DNA of 14,252 nt, taken from contig JBHHUC010000057.1 in assembly GCA_046861395.1 (NCBI GenBank), positions 1-14,252 on the forward strand. The letters run 5' to 3'. The notes beneath the pieces are model-generated. The model ran no database searches. It saw only the letters and a list, made by a program, of their open reading frames with translations, and was not told where the DNA came from. The stretch comes from Fidelibacterota bacterium (GTDB lineage: Bacteria; Fidelibacterota; Marinisomatia; Marinisomatales; JABMOV01). This document shows, one piece after another, positions 1-8,396 of the stretch. Position 1 is the stretch's first letter. Every line of letters starts with the position of its first letter. The position numbers were made by a program, and so were the translations under genes.

Positions 1-1
1 T

Positions 2-463
2 GCTATAGACGTTCGATCCCGCCGGGATCGTTATTTGTTATGCCATCCTTAAACCCCAAATGATTGATGCCATACATAAAACCCTGAATTCCCACTGGTT
101 GAAATGGTTGAATACACGTCAATAACCCCGTAAGCTAAGTGTTAATTGTAATTATCAAGTTATCTATTATTATGCAACACCTGACGGCGTTGTGGTTTTT
201 TCCGTTATCATTTGCTATAGACGTTCGATTCCTACAGAATCGTTTTATACCGACAAAGATTTTTGCCAAGGATCTAAACAAAAGATACATCCGGTCAGAT
301 GTGGGGAATATTGATCTGTTCGATGATAATCCTATAACCCCAGCGGGGTTATATGTCTGTAGCCGCCAGATTGCCAAAAAACATCAACCTCGCAGAGGTT
401 GAACATCAATTGCGATTATCCAAACGATCAACCCTGCGCCCGGATGGCGGGACATTGGATAAC
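2..463. repeat. Array of REP-like palindromic units (about 11-nt leader GCTAYAGACRT, then a ~7-8 bp stem with a 3-4 nt loop). + strand copies at 2-31, 163-193 and 214-243; - strand copies at 334-363, 384-413 and 434-463
   Basis: TGCTATAGACGTTCGAT is identical at 1-17 and 213-229. Hairpins: CGATCCC-gcc-GGGATCG (14-30), CGATTC-ctaca-GAATCG (226-242), ATAACCCC-agc-GGGGTTAT (334-352), TCAACCTC-gca-GAGGTTGA (384-402). Reverse-complement leaders GCTACAGACAT (353-363) and GCAATTGATGT (403-413). The 163 and 434 copies are degenerate. The array may extend left of the window. Confidence 0.7.
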
Positions 464-548
464 AATAACACCTAAAACACCCTCTTTTTTTAACTTCAGC
501 ATAATAATTCTGTTTGGCGTAAGCGAAGAAATATTCAGGCCTGGTTCG

Positions 549-563
549 GTTACACTTTGTAAC
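549..563. promoter_or_regulatory. 6-3-6 inverted repeat upstream of hypA, a possible regulator site
   Basis: GTTACA-ctt-TGTAAC ends 24 bp before the hypA ATG (588). It is short enough to arise by chance. Confidence 0.25.
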
Positions 564-587
564 TTCATGTTGACAGGAAAACGTCCT

Positions 588-929
588 ATGCATGAGATGA
601 CCATTGCACTGAACATTGTTCAACTGGCCGATGATTTTGCCCGCCGGGAACAGGCTCGTATCATTGAAGCGATCGATCTGGAAATCGGAGAACTATCCGG
701 AGTTGTCATTGATTCACTGGAGTTCTGTTTTCAGGCCGCTGTGAAAAACACTATGGCGGAAGCGGCCGACATCAATATTCATCCCATCGCCGGCCAGGGT
801 AGGTGTACTTCCTGCGATTCGGAATTCCGGATGAAACACTGGCCGCAAGCCTGCCCGACCTGTCAGGGGTGGGGTGTCCAAGTCATTGCGGGACGTGAAA
901 TGAAAGTTCGATCCATAACTATAAACTGA
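588..929 (+). CDS. hypA: Hydrogenase maturation nickel metallochaperone HypA (113 aa)
   Basis: Canonical N-terminal MHE Ni-binding motif at ATG 588 (the ORF track starts too early, at 399). IGELSGV motif, two CxxC zinc-finger pairs (CTSC...CPTC), and C-terminal GREMKVRSI. Confidence 0.96.
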   Translation: MHEMTIALNIVQLADDFARREQARIIEAIDLEIGELSGVVIDSLEFCFQAAVKNTMAEAADINIHPIAGQGRCTSCDSEFRMKHWPQACPTCQGWGVQVIAGREMKVRSITIN

Positions 930-936
930 GGGGCTT

Positions 937-1734
937 ATGTGTGATACCTGTGGCTGCGGCCAACCCGCCGAGGCAATAACTTTCCGAAAACCCGGATATC
1001 CGGACCACAATCATTCCCCGGATCATCATGATCATCCCCACGACCATCATCACGATCATCCCCACCCGCATGACCATGGATCGTCCCGCATCATTGCCAT
1101 CGAACAGGATGTCCTGTACCAGAATAATTTATTGGCCGAACGTAACAGGGGATTTTTTAAGGCCAAAGACATCTTGACCTATAACCTCGTCAGCTCACCC
1201 GGGTCGGGGAAAACAACTATCCTGGAAAAAACCATTACTGCCCTGTCCAATATCATTCCCATGTCCGTCATTGAAGGCGATCAGCAGACCCTTCGCGATG
1301 CCAACCGGATTGCAGCCACCGGTGTACCTGTTATCCAGGTGAATACGGGAAACGGTTGTCACCTGGATGCCGCCATGATCGAACGGGCAGTGTCCGATCT
1401 TGCGCCGGCCGATCATTCCCTGTTATGGATAGAAAATGTGGGGAATTTGGTATGTCCCGCCCTGTTCGACCTAGGTGAAAAAATGAAAATTACCATCATC
1501 AGTGTGACGGAAGGCGACGATAAACCGTTAAAATATCCCAATATGTTTCACGAATCCGATCTTTGTCTGATTAATAAAATCGACCTTCTGCCTTACGTTG
1601 ATTTCGATGTAGCAGCCTGCCAGGAGGCGGCCCGACAGGTCCATTCCCATATTGAGTTCATCTCGCTTTCAGCAACCACGGGAGAAGGAATGGACACCTG
1701 GTTTGACTGGATAAAGAACCAAATCAAGCATTAG
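937..1734 (+). CDS. hypB: Hydrogenase nickel incorporation GTPase HypB with N-terminal CxxCGC and a His-rich segment
   Basis: MCDTCGC N-terminus, His-rich linker, P-loop SSPGSGKTT, and the motifs IEGDQ, GNGCHLDA, ENVGNLVCPALFDLGE, EGDDKPLKYP and NKIDL. Confidence 0.98.
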   Translation: MCDTCGCGQPAEAITFRKPGYPDHNHSPDHHDHPHDHHHDHPHPHDHGSSRIIAIEQDVLYQNNLLAERNRGFFKAKDILTYNLVSSPGSGKTTILEKTITALSNIIPMSVIEGDQQTLRDANRIAATGVPVIQVNTGNGCHLDAAMIERAVSDLAPADHSLLWIENVGNLVCPALFDLGEKMKITIISVTEGDDKPLKYPNMFHESDLCLINKIDLLPYVDFDVAACQEAARQVHSHIEFISLSATTGEGMDTWFDWIKNQIKH

Positions 1735-4001
1735 TCCAACTGCGACAGCGAATCAGCATAAATGGCATTGTTCAGGGTGTGGGGTTTCGGCCCTTCATAT
1801 ATACCTTGGCCCACTCTTTTCGCCTCACCGGATTCGTCATCAATTCGGCCCGTGGCGTGGATATAGAAGCACAGGGAAACAGAAAAACACTGGCTCAATT
1901 CATACAGGCTATCCGGGATCAGGCTCCGCCTCTGGCCGTCATCATGGATATTTCCTCTTCACCCCTGCCAGACCGTGATGAAACCGATTTTACCATTCGA
2001 ACCTCTGCCAAGACAACGGCGGTAGGAACTTTCATATCTCCTGACATTGCCACCTGTGAGAATTGTATTGCTGATTTCAGTGATCCCAGTAACCGACGCT
2101 TTGGCTATCCATTTACCAACTGTACCAATTGTGGGCCTCGCTACACTATCATAGAAGACATTCCCTATGACCGGCCAAAAACGTCCATGCATTCATTTAC
2201 TTTATGTCCGGAATGTCAGGAAGAATATGAAAATCCGGAGAATCGCCGGTTTCACGCCCAGCCCAATGCCTGTCCCCGCTGTGGTCCACGGGTAACACTC
2301 TGGAAAGATCATAACCAGTTAGTTGAAAAAGATAATGCCCTGACCAGGGCGGCGGATCTTTTGCGACAGGGCTTCATCCTGGCCATCAAAGGGCTGGGAG
2401 GATTTCACCTGGTGGTGGATGCAACGAATGAAACCGCCGTGCTTACCCTGCGTAAACGAAAATTGCGGGAAGAAAAGCCGCTGGCACTTATGGTCGGCAG
2501 TAGTATTGAGGCCGAAGCTATCTGCCGGATTTCAAAAGAGGAATATGCTCTCCTGACATCACCTCGCCGACCAATTGTCCTGCTGCAATGTCGGCCGGAT
2601 ACTGCCATTGCAGACGCAGTGGCACCGGGGAATGACCGGCTGGGAATCATGCTGCCCTATACGCCTCTCCACTACCTATTATTTCAATATAAACTACCCC
2701 CGCTGGTCATGACCAGCGCCAATCTCAGCGAAGAACCGATTGTCAAGGACAATTCCGAGGCCTTTGAGCGACTGACAGACATTGCCGACTATTATCTGAT
2801 CCATGACCGTGATATTTATATTCGCAATGATGATTCGGTAACCATCGTACTATCCGGCAAACCACGCCTCATGCGACGCAGCCGTGGGTACGCCCCGCAA
2901 CCGATTCTGGTTAACAGTGACGGCCCCGGTGTACTCGCTGTGGGAGGCTTATTGAAAAACACGGTTTGCATCCTGAAACAGGATTCGGCGATCCTGAGCC
3001 AGCATATCGGTGATCTGGAAAATCTGGAATCATACCGTGTTTTCGAGCAGACCATCCGGCATTTACAGCATCTGTTCGATTTCAAACCGGATCTGATCGT
3101 GCATGATCTTCATCCCGGCTATTTGTCTACCCAATGGGCCGAACAGCAGGAGACACTCACTCTAGGCGTGCAGCATCACTGGGCACATCTGGCGGCCTGC
3201 CTGGCGGAGAACCGTCATCCGGGACCAGCCATCGGCATCATCATGGACGGCACAGGATTCGGAACCGACGGAACGATTTGGGGCGGTGAAATTCTGATCG
3301 GAGATTTTTCCGGTTTCGAACGTCGGGCGCATTTTGAGCCTCTGCCCCTGCCCGGAGGCGATGCCGCCATCAAGGAACCCTGGCGAACAGCCGTCAGTTA
3401 TATATTTTCAACCCAGGGTGAAGAACTTCCGGATATTCCATTTTTTTCCACCATTGACCCGGACCCGATCCTGGAAATGATCCGCAAGGATGTAAATTGT
3501 CCCCTGACATCCAGTTGCGGGCGGTTGTTTGATGCCGTGGCTGCCATGAGCGGAGGACGATACGTTATTCGGTACGAAGGACAGGCGGCAATTGAATTCA
3601 TGCAGGCAACCGGGGATTATCTACCCCGGCCCTTCGATTATATCATTGATGAACAGGATGGCCGCCTGATCTGGCCCCTGGCACCTGTAATTCGTTCCGT
3701 AATCAGAGATATTAAACAAGGAGCTTCCTTTTCCCGTCTCAGCGGACGATTTCACCGGATGCTGGTGGAATTGTTCACCCAATCTACTCAGCGCATTGCC
3801 CAGGAGACTGGATTGCGGACGGTCGTTCTGAGCGGTGGTGTCTTCCAGAATCAGGTTTTGTTTGAGGCATTGATTCCGCGACTGGAAAAAGCAGGCCTGA
3901 ACGTTCTGACTCACACTCTGGTTCCGGCCAACGACGGTGGCCTGTCCCTCGGCCAAACTCTCATAGGACGTGCGTATCTGGAACAGAATAAACAGGGCTG
4001 A
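1707..4001 (+). CDS. hypF: Carbamoyltransferase HypF. Start uncertain: CTG at 1707 or 1740; the GTG at 1779 lies inside the acylphosphatase motif
   Basis: The frame is open from the stop at 1704-1706 and reads ...RISINGIVQGVGFRPFIY (acylphosphatase signature). Zn fingers CENC/CTNC and CPEC/CPRC, KGLGGFHL, MTSAN, HDLHPGY, QHHWAH, DGTGFG, TSSCGRLFDA and PANDGGLSLGQ follow. Confidence 0.96.
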   Translation: MDKEPNQALVQLRQRISINGIVQGVGFRPFIYTLAHSFRLTGFVINSARGVDIEAQGNRKTLAQFIQAIRDQAPPLAVIMDISSSPLPDRDETDFTIRTSAKTTAVGTFISPDIATCENCIADFSDPSNRRFGYPFTNCTNCGPRYTIIEDIPYDRPKTSMHSFTLCPECQEEYENPENRRFHAQPNACPRCGPRVTLWKDHNQLVEKDNALTRAADLLRQGFILAIKGLGGFHLVVDATNETAVLTLRKRKLREEKPLALMVGSSIEAEAICRISKEEYALLTSPRRPIVLLQCRPDTAIADAVAPGNDRLGIMLPYTPLHYLLFQYKLPPLVMTSANLSEEPIVKDNSEAFERLTDIADYYLIHDRDIYIRNDDSVTIVLSGKPRLMRRSRGYAPQPILVNSDGPGVLAVGGLLKNTVCILKQDSAILSQHIGDLENLESYRVFEQTIRHLQHLFDFKPDLIVHDLHPGYLSTQWAEQQETLTLGVQHHWAHLAACLAENRHPGPAIGIIMDGTGFGTDGTIWGGEILIGDFSGFERRAHFEPLPLPGGDAAIKEPWRTAVSYIFSTQGEELPDIPFFSTIDPDPILEMIRKDVNCPLTSSCGRLFDAVAAMSGGRYVIRYEGQAAIEFMQATGDYLPRPFDYIIDEQDGRLIWPLAPVIRSVIRDIKQGASFSRLSGRFHRMLVELFTQSTQRIAQETGLRTVVLSGGVFQNQVLFEALIPRLEKAGLNVLTHTLVPANDGGLSLGQTLIGRAYLEQNKQG

Positions 4002-4280
4002 ATCCCGTGGGAATCAAATAGTAGGCGGTGTATCAGTCCAGATTAATTACACTGCAAACCATGCTAGTAGTACTATAACAAAGGTAACCATAATCAAAGT
4101 GCAGTCGTTATTTGCTTTTCGGTATCATATAATGCAGGATTTACACAATTGAATAAATTTACGATATCGAAAATATATTATCACCACAATAGGGGTGAAT
4201 GAGTCGACCAAGATTTTTCATGAATGCGATCCGATCGTTAATAAATTCCTCCCTGTTTTCAATCCAGTCAGGAGTAATCT

Positions 4281-4574
4281 ATGTGTTTAGGCATCCCGGG
4301 AAAAGTAACGGAAATCTTCGAAGAAAACGGTATTCTGATGGGGCATATCGATTATGCCGGCACAGTCAGCAAAGCCTGTCTGGCCTATGTCCCGGAAATC
4401 ACCGTGGGGCAATACACTGTGGTGCATGCCGGGTTTGCCATTTCCATTATTGATGAAGATGAAGCACAAAAAAGTTATACTGCCTGGGAAGAATTAGTTG
4501 CAGCAGCAGCCAGCGAGGGACTGGATGTTTATGGAAATCCCTTGCCAGCCGTGGAAAAGGATCCGACGGCATGA
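4281..4574 (+). CDS. hypC: HypC/HybG/HupF family hydrogenase formation chaperone
   Basis: [10 protein letters not shown]-terminus with Cys2 and the VVHAGFAI motif. AGGAG Shine-Dalgarno just upstream. ATGA overlap with hypD. Confidence 0.97.
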   Translation: MCLGIPGKVTEIFEENGILMGHIDYAGTVSKACLAYVPEITVGQYTVVHAGFAISIIDEDEAQKSYTAWEELVAAAASEGLDVYGNPLPAVEKDPTA

Positions 4575-5659
4575 AATATTTAGACGAATTCCGTGATCCG
4601 GTTATTGCCCGGAAGATACTCGATCAAATCCATGCCGTGGTCACCCGCCCCTGGGTGATTATGGAAATCTGCGGCGGACAGACGCACTCCATTATTCGAA
4701 ACGGGATCGATCAGCTTTTACCACGGGAAATCGAATTGGTGCATGGCCCCGGCTGTCCGGTCTGTGTGACACCGCTGGAAGAAATAGACCGGGCTATTGC
4801 CATCGCATCCCGGCCTGATGTTATTTTCACCAGTTTCGGTGATATGTTGCGGGTTCCCGGCAGCTCTAAAGATTTATTCATGGTACAATCGGAAGGTGGC
4901 GATATCCGGACTGTCTATTCTCCCTTGGAAGCCGTACAAATCGCCCGGGAAAATCCCGATAAGGAAGTAGTTTTCTTTGCAGTGGGATTCGAAACAACGG
5001 CGCCCGGTAACGCCATGGCCATTCATGTCGCGGCACAGGAAGGACTGACCAATTTTTCCGAAATTGTCAGCCATGTCACCGTACCGTCGGCTATGGAAAC
5101 GCTCCTTTCCTCACCAGACAACCGGGTCCAGGGTTACTTGGCAGCCGGACATGTCTGTACCATCATGGGATGGGAGGAATACGAACCCATTGCCGAAAAA
5201 TATCAGGTTCCCATTGTACCCACCGGCTTCGAACCAGTAGACATTTTGGAAGGAATTCTGATGGTTGTACAACAACTGGAAGCCGGGGAACACCGGGTGG
5301 AAAATCAATATGTTCGGTCAGTGAAGCGTAACGGGAATGCAACCGCTCAATCGGTGATTCAGGAAATATTTCAGATTGTAGATCAGAAATGGCGTGGGAT
5401 TGGAACCATCCCCAAAAGCGGATTAGGCATTCGTCCAAAATATGAACGCTTCGATGCCGTGAAGAAATTTGCCGTGGGAGATTTACAGACCAGCGAACCG
5501 GAGGAATGTATCAGCGGTATCGTCCTGCAGGGATTAAAGAAACCCCATGAATGTCCCGCCTTTGGTACAACCTGCACACCGGAGAATCCCCTGGGTGCCA
5601 CCATGGTCAGTAGTGAAGGGGCCTGTGCCGCATATTTCAAATATCAGCGGGTACGGTGA
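4571..5659 (+). CDS. hypD: Hydrogenase formation protein HypD
   Basis: [39 protein letters not shown] and GFEP motifs, plus the C-terminal Fe-S region C...[10 protein letters not shown]...MVSSEGAC. Confidence 0.98.
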   Translation: MKYLDEFRDPVIARKILDQIHAVVTRPWVIMEICGGQTHSIIRNGIDQLLPREIELVHGPGCPVCVTPLEEIDRAIAIASRPDVIFTSFGDMLRVPGSSKDLFMVQSEGGDIRTVYSPLEAVQIARENPDKEVVFFAVGFETTAPGNAMAIHVAAQEGLTNFSEIVSHVTVPSAMETLLSSPDNRVQGYLAAGHVCTIMGWEEYEPIAEKYQVPIVPTGFEPVDILEGILMVVQQLEAGEHRVENQYVRSVKRNGNATAQSVIQEIFQIVDQKWRGIGTIPKSGLGIRPKYERFDAVKKFAVGDLQTSEPEECISGIVLQGLKKPHECPAFGTTCTPENPLGATMVSSEGACAAYFKYQRVR

Positions 5660-5666
5660 GCCTGTC

Positions 5667-6716
5667 ATGACATCATTGGAAAACCTTTCCTGTCCCGTTC
5701 CCATTCTGAAACATGAAACCATTCAGCTAGCCCACGGCGCCGGCGGCCGGTTATCGGCTGAACTTGTGGAAAAAGTAATTCTACCCCGTTTTTCCAATCC
5801 GACACTGGATGCACTTGAGGACCAGGCCGTGTTCGCCGTCACCGAAGGTCGGTTAGCCTTCAGCACCGATACCTTTGTAGTTGATCCCATCTTTTTCCCC
5901 GGCGGAGATATCGGCGAATTGGCCATCAATGGAACCATTAACGATATTGCCATGAGTGGAGCCGTTCCGCAATACCTGAGTGTGGGATTTATCCTGGAAG
6001 AGGGATTGCCCATCGATACATTTCATCGCATTCTCCTGTCCATGGAAACCGCCGCACGGCAGGCCGGTGTCCTTATTGTGACCGGTGATACCAAGGTCGT
6101 GAGCAAGGGCAGCTGCGATAAAATTTTCATTAATACGTCAGGAATCGGCCGGGTACCATCAGATATTCAATTGGGTGTGGATAGAATCCGGCCCGGTGAT
6201 GCCATTCTGCTGTCGGGAACGATTGCCGATCATGGTATGGCCGTACTCACGACTCGGAAAGGATTGTCATTCCGGTCGCGGGTTCAAAGTGACACGGCAG
6301 CCCTGCATGATTTAGTGGCCGACATGCTGAAGGTGTGTCCGAATATACGCACATTTCGGGATCCGACCCGAGGTGGTGTGGCTACCACCTTGAATGAATT
6401 TGCCCAGCAATCACAATTGGGAATGATTATCCGGGAAGAATGCATTCCGGTCAAACCGGACGTAAAGGGAGCCTGTGAAATCCTGGGCATCGATCCCCTC
6501 TATGTTGCCAATGAGGGCAAGCTGATTGCCGTTGTACCGAAAACGCGGGCGCAAGAACTCCTGGAGGCCATGCGAAACCATCCCCTGGGACGAGACGCTG
6601 TCATACTGGGTTCGGTGACGGACCAGCATCCCGGTCTGGTGACATTGGCATCGCTGCTGGGTGCAGCGCGGATTGTGGATATGCCCGTAGGGGAACAACT
6701 TCCCCGGATCTGTTAG
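5667..6716 (+). CDS. hypE: Carbamoyl dehydratase HypE (349 aa)
   Basis: Likely ATG at 5667 (MTSLENLSCPVP), 7 bp after the hypD stop. HGAGG, TDTFVVDPIFFPGGDIG, GDTKVV, RDPTRGG and ANEGK motifs, with the invariant C-terminal PRIC. Confidence 0.98.
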   Translation: MTSLENLSCPVPILKHETIQLAHGAGGRLSAELVEKVILPRFSNPTLDALEDQAVFAVTEGRLAFSTDTFVVDPIFFPGGDIGELAINGTINDIAMSGAVPQYLSVGFILEEGLPIDTFHRILLSMETAARQAGVLIVTGDTKVVSKGSCDKIFINTSGIGRVPSDIQLGVDRIRPGDAILLSGTIADHGMAVLTTRKGLSFRSRVQSDTAALHDLVADMLKVCPNIRTFRDPTRGGVATTLNEFAQQSQLGMIIREECIPVKPDVKGACEILGIDPLYVANEGKLIAVVPKTRAQELLEAMRNHPLGRDAVILGSVTDQHPGLVTLASLLGAARIVDMPVGEQLPRIC

Positions 6717-6781
6717 GAGGATTACACTATCCAGACCGGCTGTGACGTTGTAAATTACTTACATTATCATAGGGACGGATC

Positions 6782-7696
6782 ATGAACCAAAGACGACTTT
6801 TTCTTGCATTTTTTCTGTTGATCCTTGGCGGGTTCACGGCCTGGTCGTGTTCGGGAAAAAATTATACTACTTTCAACATTCCCGCATACGAACGCAGTTC
6901 GGAACAAACGGCGACGATGTATTTTGAATCGGTTGATCTGAAGGCGCTGCGTTCCTTTGCCTTCCGCAATGTGGCCATTATTGAATTCACCGTGGAATAT
7001 CTGGTGGACCTGCCCGATGCCACCTATCCCAAACTGACGGATGAGCTCTATGATTTATTCGTTGAATATCTGGAAGAGAACACTGGTCTGGCCGTCATTC
7101 CCCGGGAAAAGATTCAGAATAGTCCCATCTATATGCATTTACGAAAAAGGGATATTTTTGAACGTTGGGAAGAACCACGAGGTATATTCCGCAAAACATA
7201 TCAACGCAATCACCGCATCAGTGTCTCCTACCCGGCTTCCCACCTGGGCATTCTGGTCGATCCGCGCCAGGACCCGACCTTCAAATCCATTCGCAGTACC
7301 GATAATGAATGGTTTGAGCCCGGGGTCCTGTTTGATGTGGAAGCCGATGCCGCCCTGAAAGTGCACACGATCATTGATTTTGAACAGATCGGTAATAAAG
7401 GTCGGCTTATTATCACGGGATTGGAAGAGCCGCCGGTGGATTCCAAGATCGAAGTGCTCATCGGGTATTCCAAGACCCTGGCACCGGCCGTCGGTATTCC
7501 GTCGAAGGATGGGAAAAATTACATCTACCGCTACAACGACAATGCTGTTTTCCGGTTGAAGCGTCCCCTCGTTTCCTATGAAACTATCCGGTCCAATCGG
7601 AATGTATTCAATCTGGAAGAATTCGCCTTCCGGGCCCAGGAGATGTTCAGTGTCTATGCCGATATGTTCTCCCGTTACCTGGCCAAGCATATTTAA
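6782..7696 (+). CDS. Uncharacterised predicted lipoprotein (304 aa)
   Basis: Long ORF filling the gap between hypE and the permease. Signal peptide MNQRR plus a hydrophobic core and a lipobox-like AWS-C. The stop lies 3 bp before the next ATG. Confidence 0.8.
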   Translation: MNQRRLFLAFFLLILGGFTAWSCSGKNYTTFNIPAYERSSEQTATMYFESVDLKALRSFAFRNVAIIEFTVEYLVDLPDATYPKLTDELYDLFVEYLEENTGLAVIPREKIQNSPIYMHLRKRDIFERWEEPRGIFRKTYQRNHRISVSYPASHLGILVDPRQDPTFKSIRSTDNEWFEPGVLFDVEADAALKVHTIIDFEQIGNKGRLIITGLEEPPVDSKIEVLIGYSKTLAPAVGIPSKDGKNYIYRYNDNAVFRLKRPLVSYETIRSNRNVFNLEEFAFRAQEMFSVYADMFSRYLAKHI

Positions 7697-7699
7697 ACG

Positions 7700-8392
7700 A
7701 TGCATCCCCTGATTATAACAGCGATGTCCATCGGTTTCATCCATACGCTGATCGGACCGGATCATTATTTGCCTTTCATTGTCATGGGCAAAGCCCGGAA
7801 ATGGTCCCTGAAGAAAATTATCACGATCACCATTCTCTGCGGTATAGGCCATGTTCTGGGATCAGTGATTCTGGGATTTCTTGGTATTGCCCTGGGAATT
7901 GCGGCCGCCAAGCTGGAAATCATTGAAGGTTTCCGGGGCAACCTGGCCGCCTGGATGCTGACGGCCTTTGGCCTGGCCTACGCCGTCTGGGGACTGCGGG
8001 TCGGACTACGAGCCCGGGAGCATTCCCATTCCCATGATCATGACCACAAGGATCATCATCATTCCCACCATCATCTGGGAAGCCATACTCACCTCCATGG
8101 CGATATGAAATCATTGACGCCCTGGATGTTGTTTATCATATTTATCCTGGGACCGTGCGAACCGTTGATTCCCATTCTGATGTACCCGGCCGCTTCAGGC
8201 AGCTGGGGACTTCTTTTCGCAGTGACCATGGCATTTTCCGTAGTAACGATCGGAACCATGACTGCCATCGTTTGGATTATTTCCCGGGGCTGGGTAGTCC
8301 TCAATTTCAGCAAGATTGAACCATATATTCATACCATCGCCGGATTGATCATCGCCATCACGGGCTTTGCCATCCTCTTCTTAGGTCTGTAA
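7700..8392 (+). CDS. UreH/SodT-like nickel/cobalt permease (NiCoT/DsbD_2-related) with a His-rich loop
   Basis: TM1 motif GFIHTLIGPDHY, TM2 motif GIGH, central HSHSHDHDHKDHHHSHHHLGSHTHLH, GPCEP motif, about 6 hydrophobic segments, and hydrogenase context. Confidence 0.8.
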   Translation: MHPLIITAMSIGFIHTLIGPDHYLPFIVMGKARKWSLKKIITITILCGIGHVLGSVILGFLGIALGIAAAKLEIIEGFRGNLAAWMLTAFGLAYAVWGLRVGLRAREHSHSHDHDHKDHHHSHHHLGSHTHLHGDMKSLTPWMLFIIFILGPCEPLIPILMYPAASGSWGLLFAVTMAFSVVTIGTMTAIVWIISRGWVVLNFSKIEPYIHTIAGLIIAITGFAILFLGL

Positions 8393-8396
8393 CCTT

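Noticed and set aside
2..463. CRISPR array interpretation of the left-end repeats
   Set aside because: The units occur in both orientations, their stems differ in sequence, the spacing is irregular on the + strand, and no cas genes are in the window.
464..587. A second full MarR operator or NikR box upstream of hypA
   Set aside because: I found no convincing match to TATTATTAACC-N-GGTTAATAATA or to a GTATGA-N16-TCATAC-like site. The similarity is limited to generic AT-rich sequence.
135..623. Short ORFs 135..377(-), 139..402(+), 384..623(-), 428..616(-) and the 399 start for hypA
   Set aside because: They run across the repeat array or promoter region with no recognisable motifs. HypA needs its N-terminal MHE, which starts at 588.
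1003..1077. GATCAT/CAC-rich tandem-like repeats in hypB, and likewise at about 8021-8098
   Set aside because: They are explained by His/Asp-rich coding segments, which are well known in HypB and Ni permeases.
3970..4453. Small ORFs 3970..4152 and 4199..4453 in or over the hypF-hypC gap
   Set aside because: They have no recognisable motif and overlap hypF or hypC out of frame.
5547..5666. N-terminal extension of hypE in the ORF track
   Set aside because: It overlaps the conserved hypD C-terminus. The ATG at 5667 gives a typical HypE N-terminus.
7139..7852. 237-aa antisense ORF, and similar shadows at 9673..10278, 10825..11520 and 12273..12779
   Set aside because: These lie antisense to well-supported genes and show no motifs, as expected for shadow frames.
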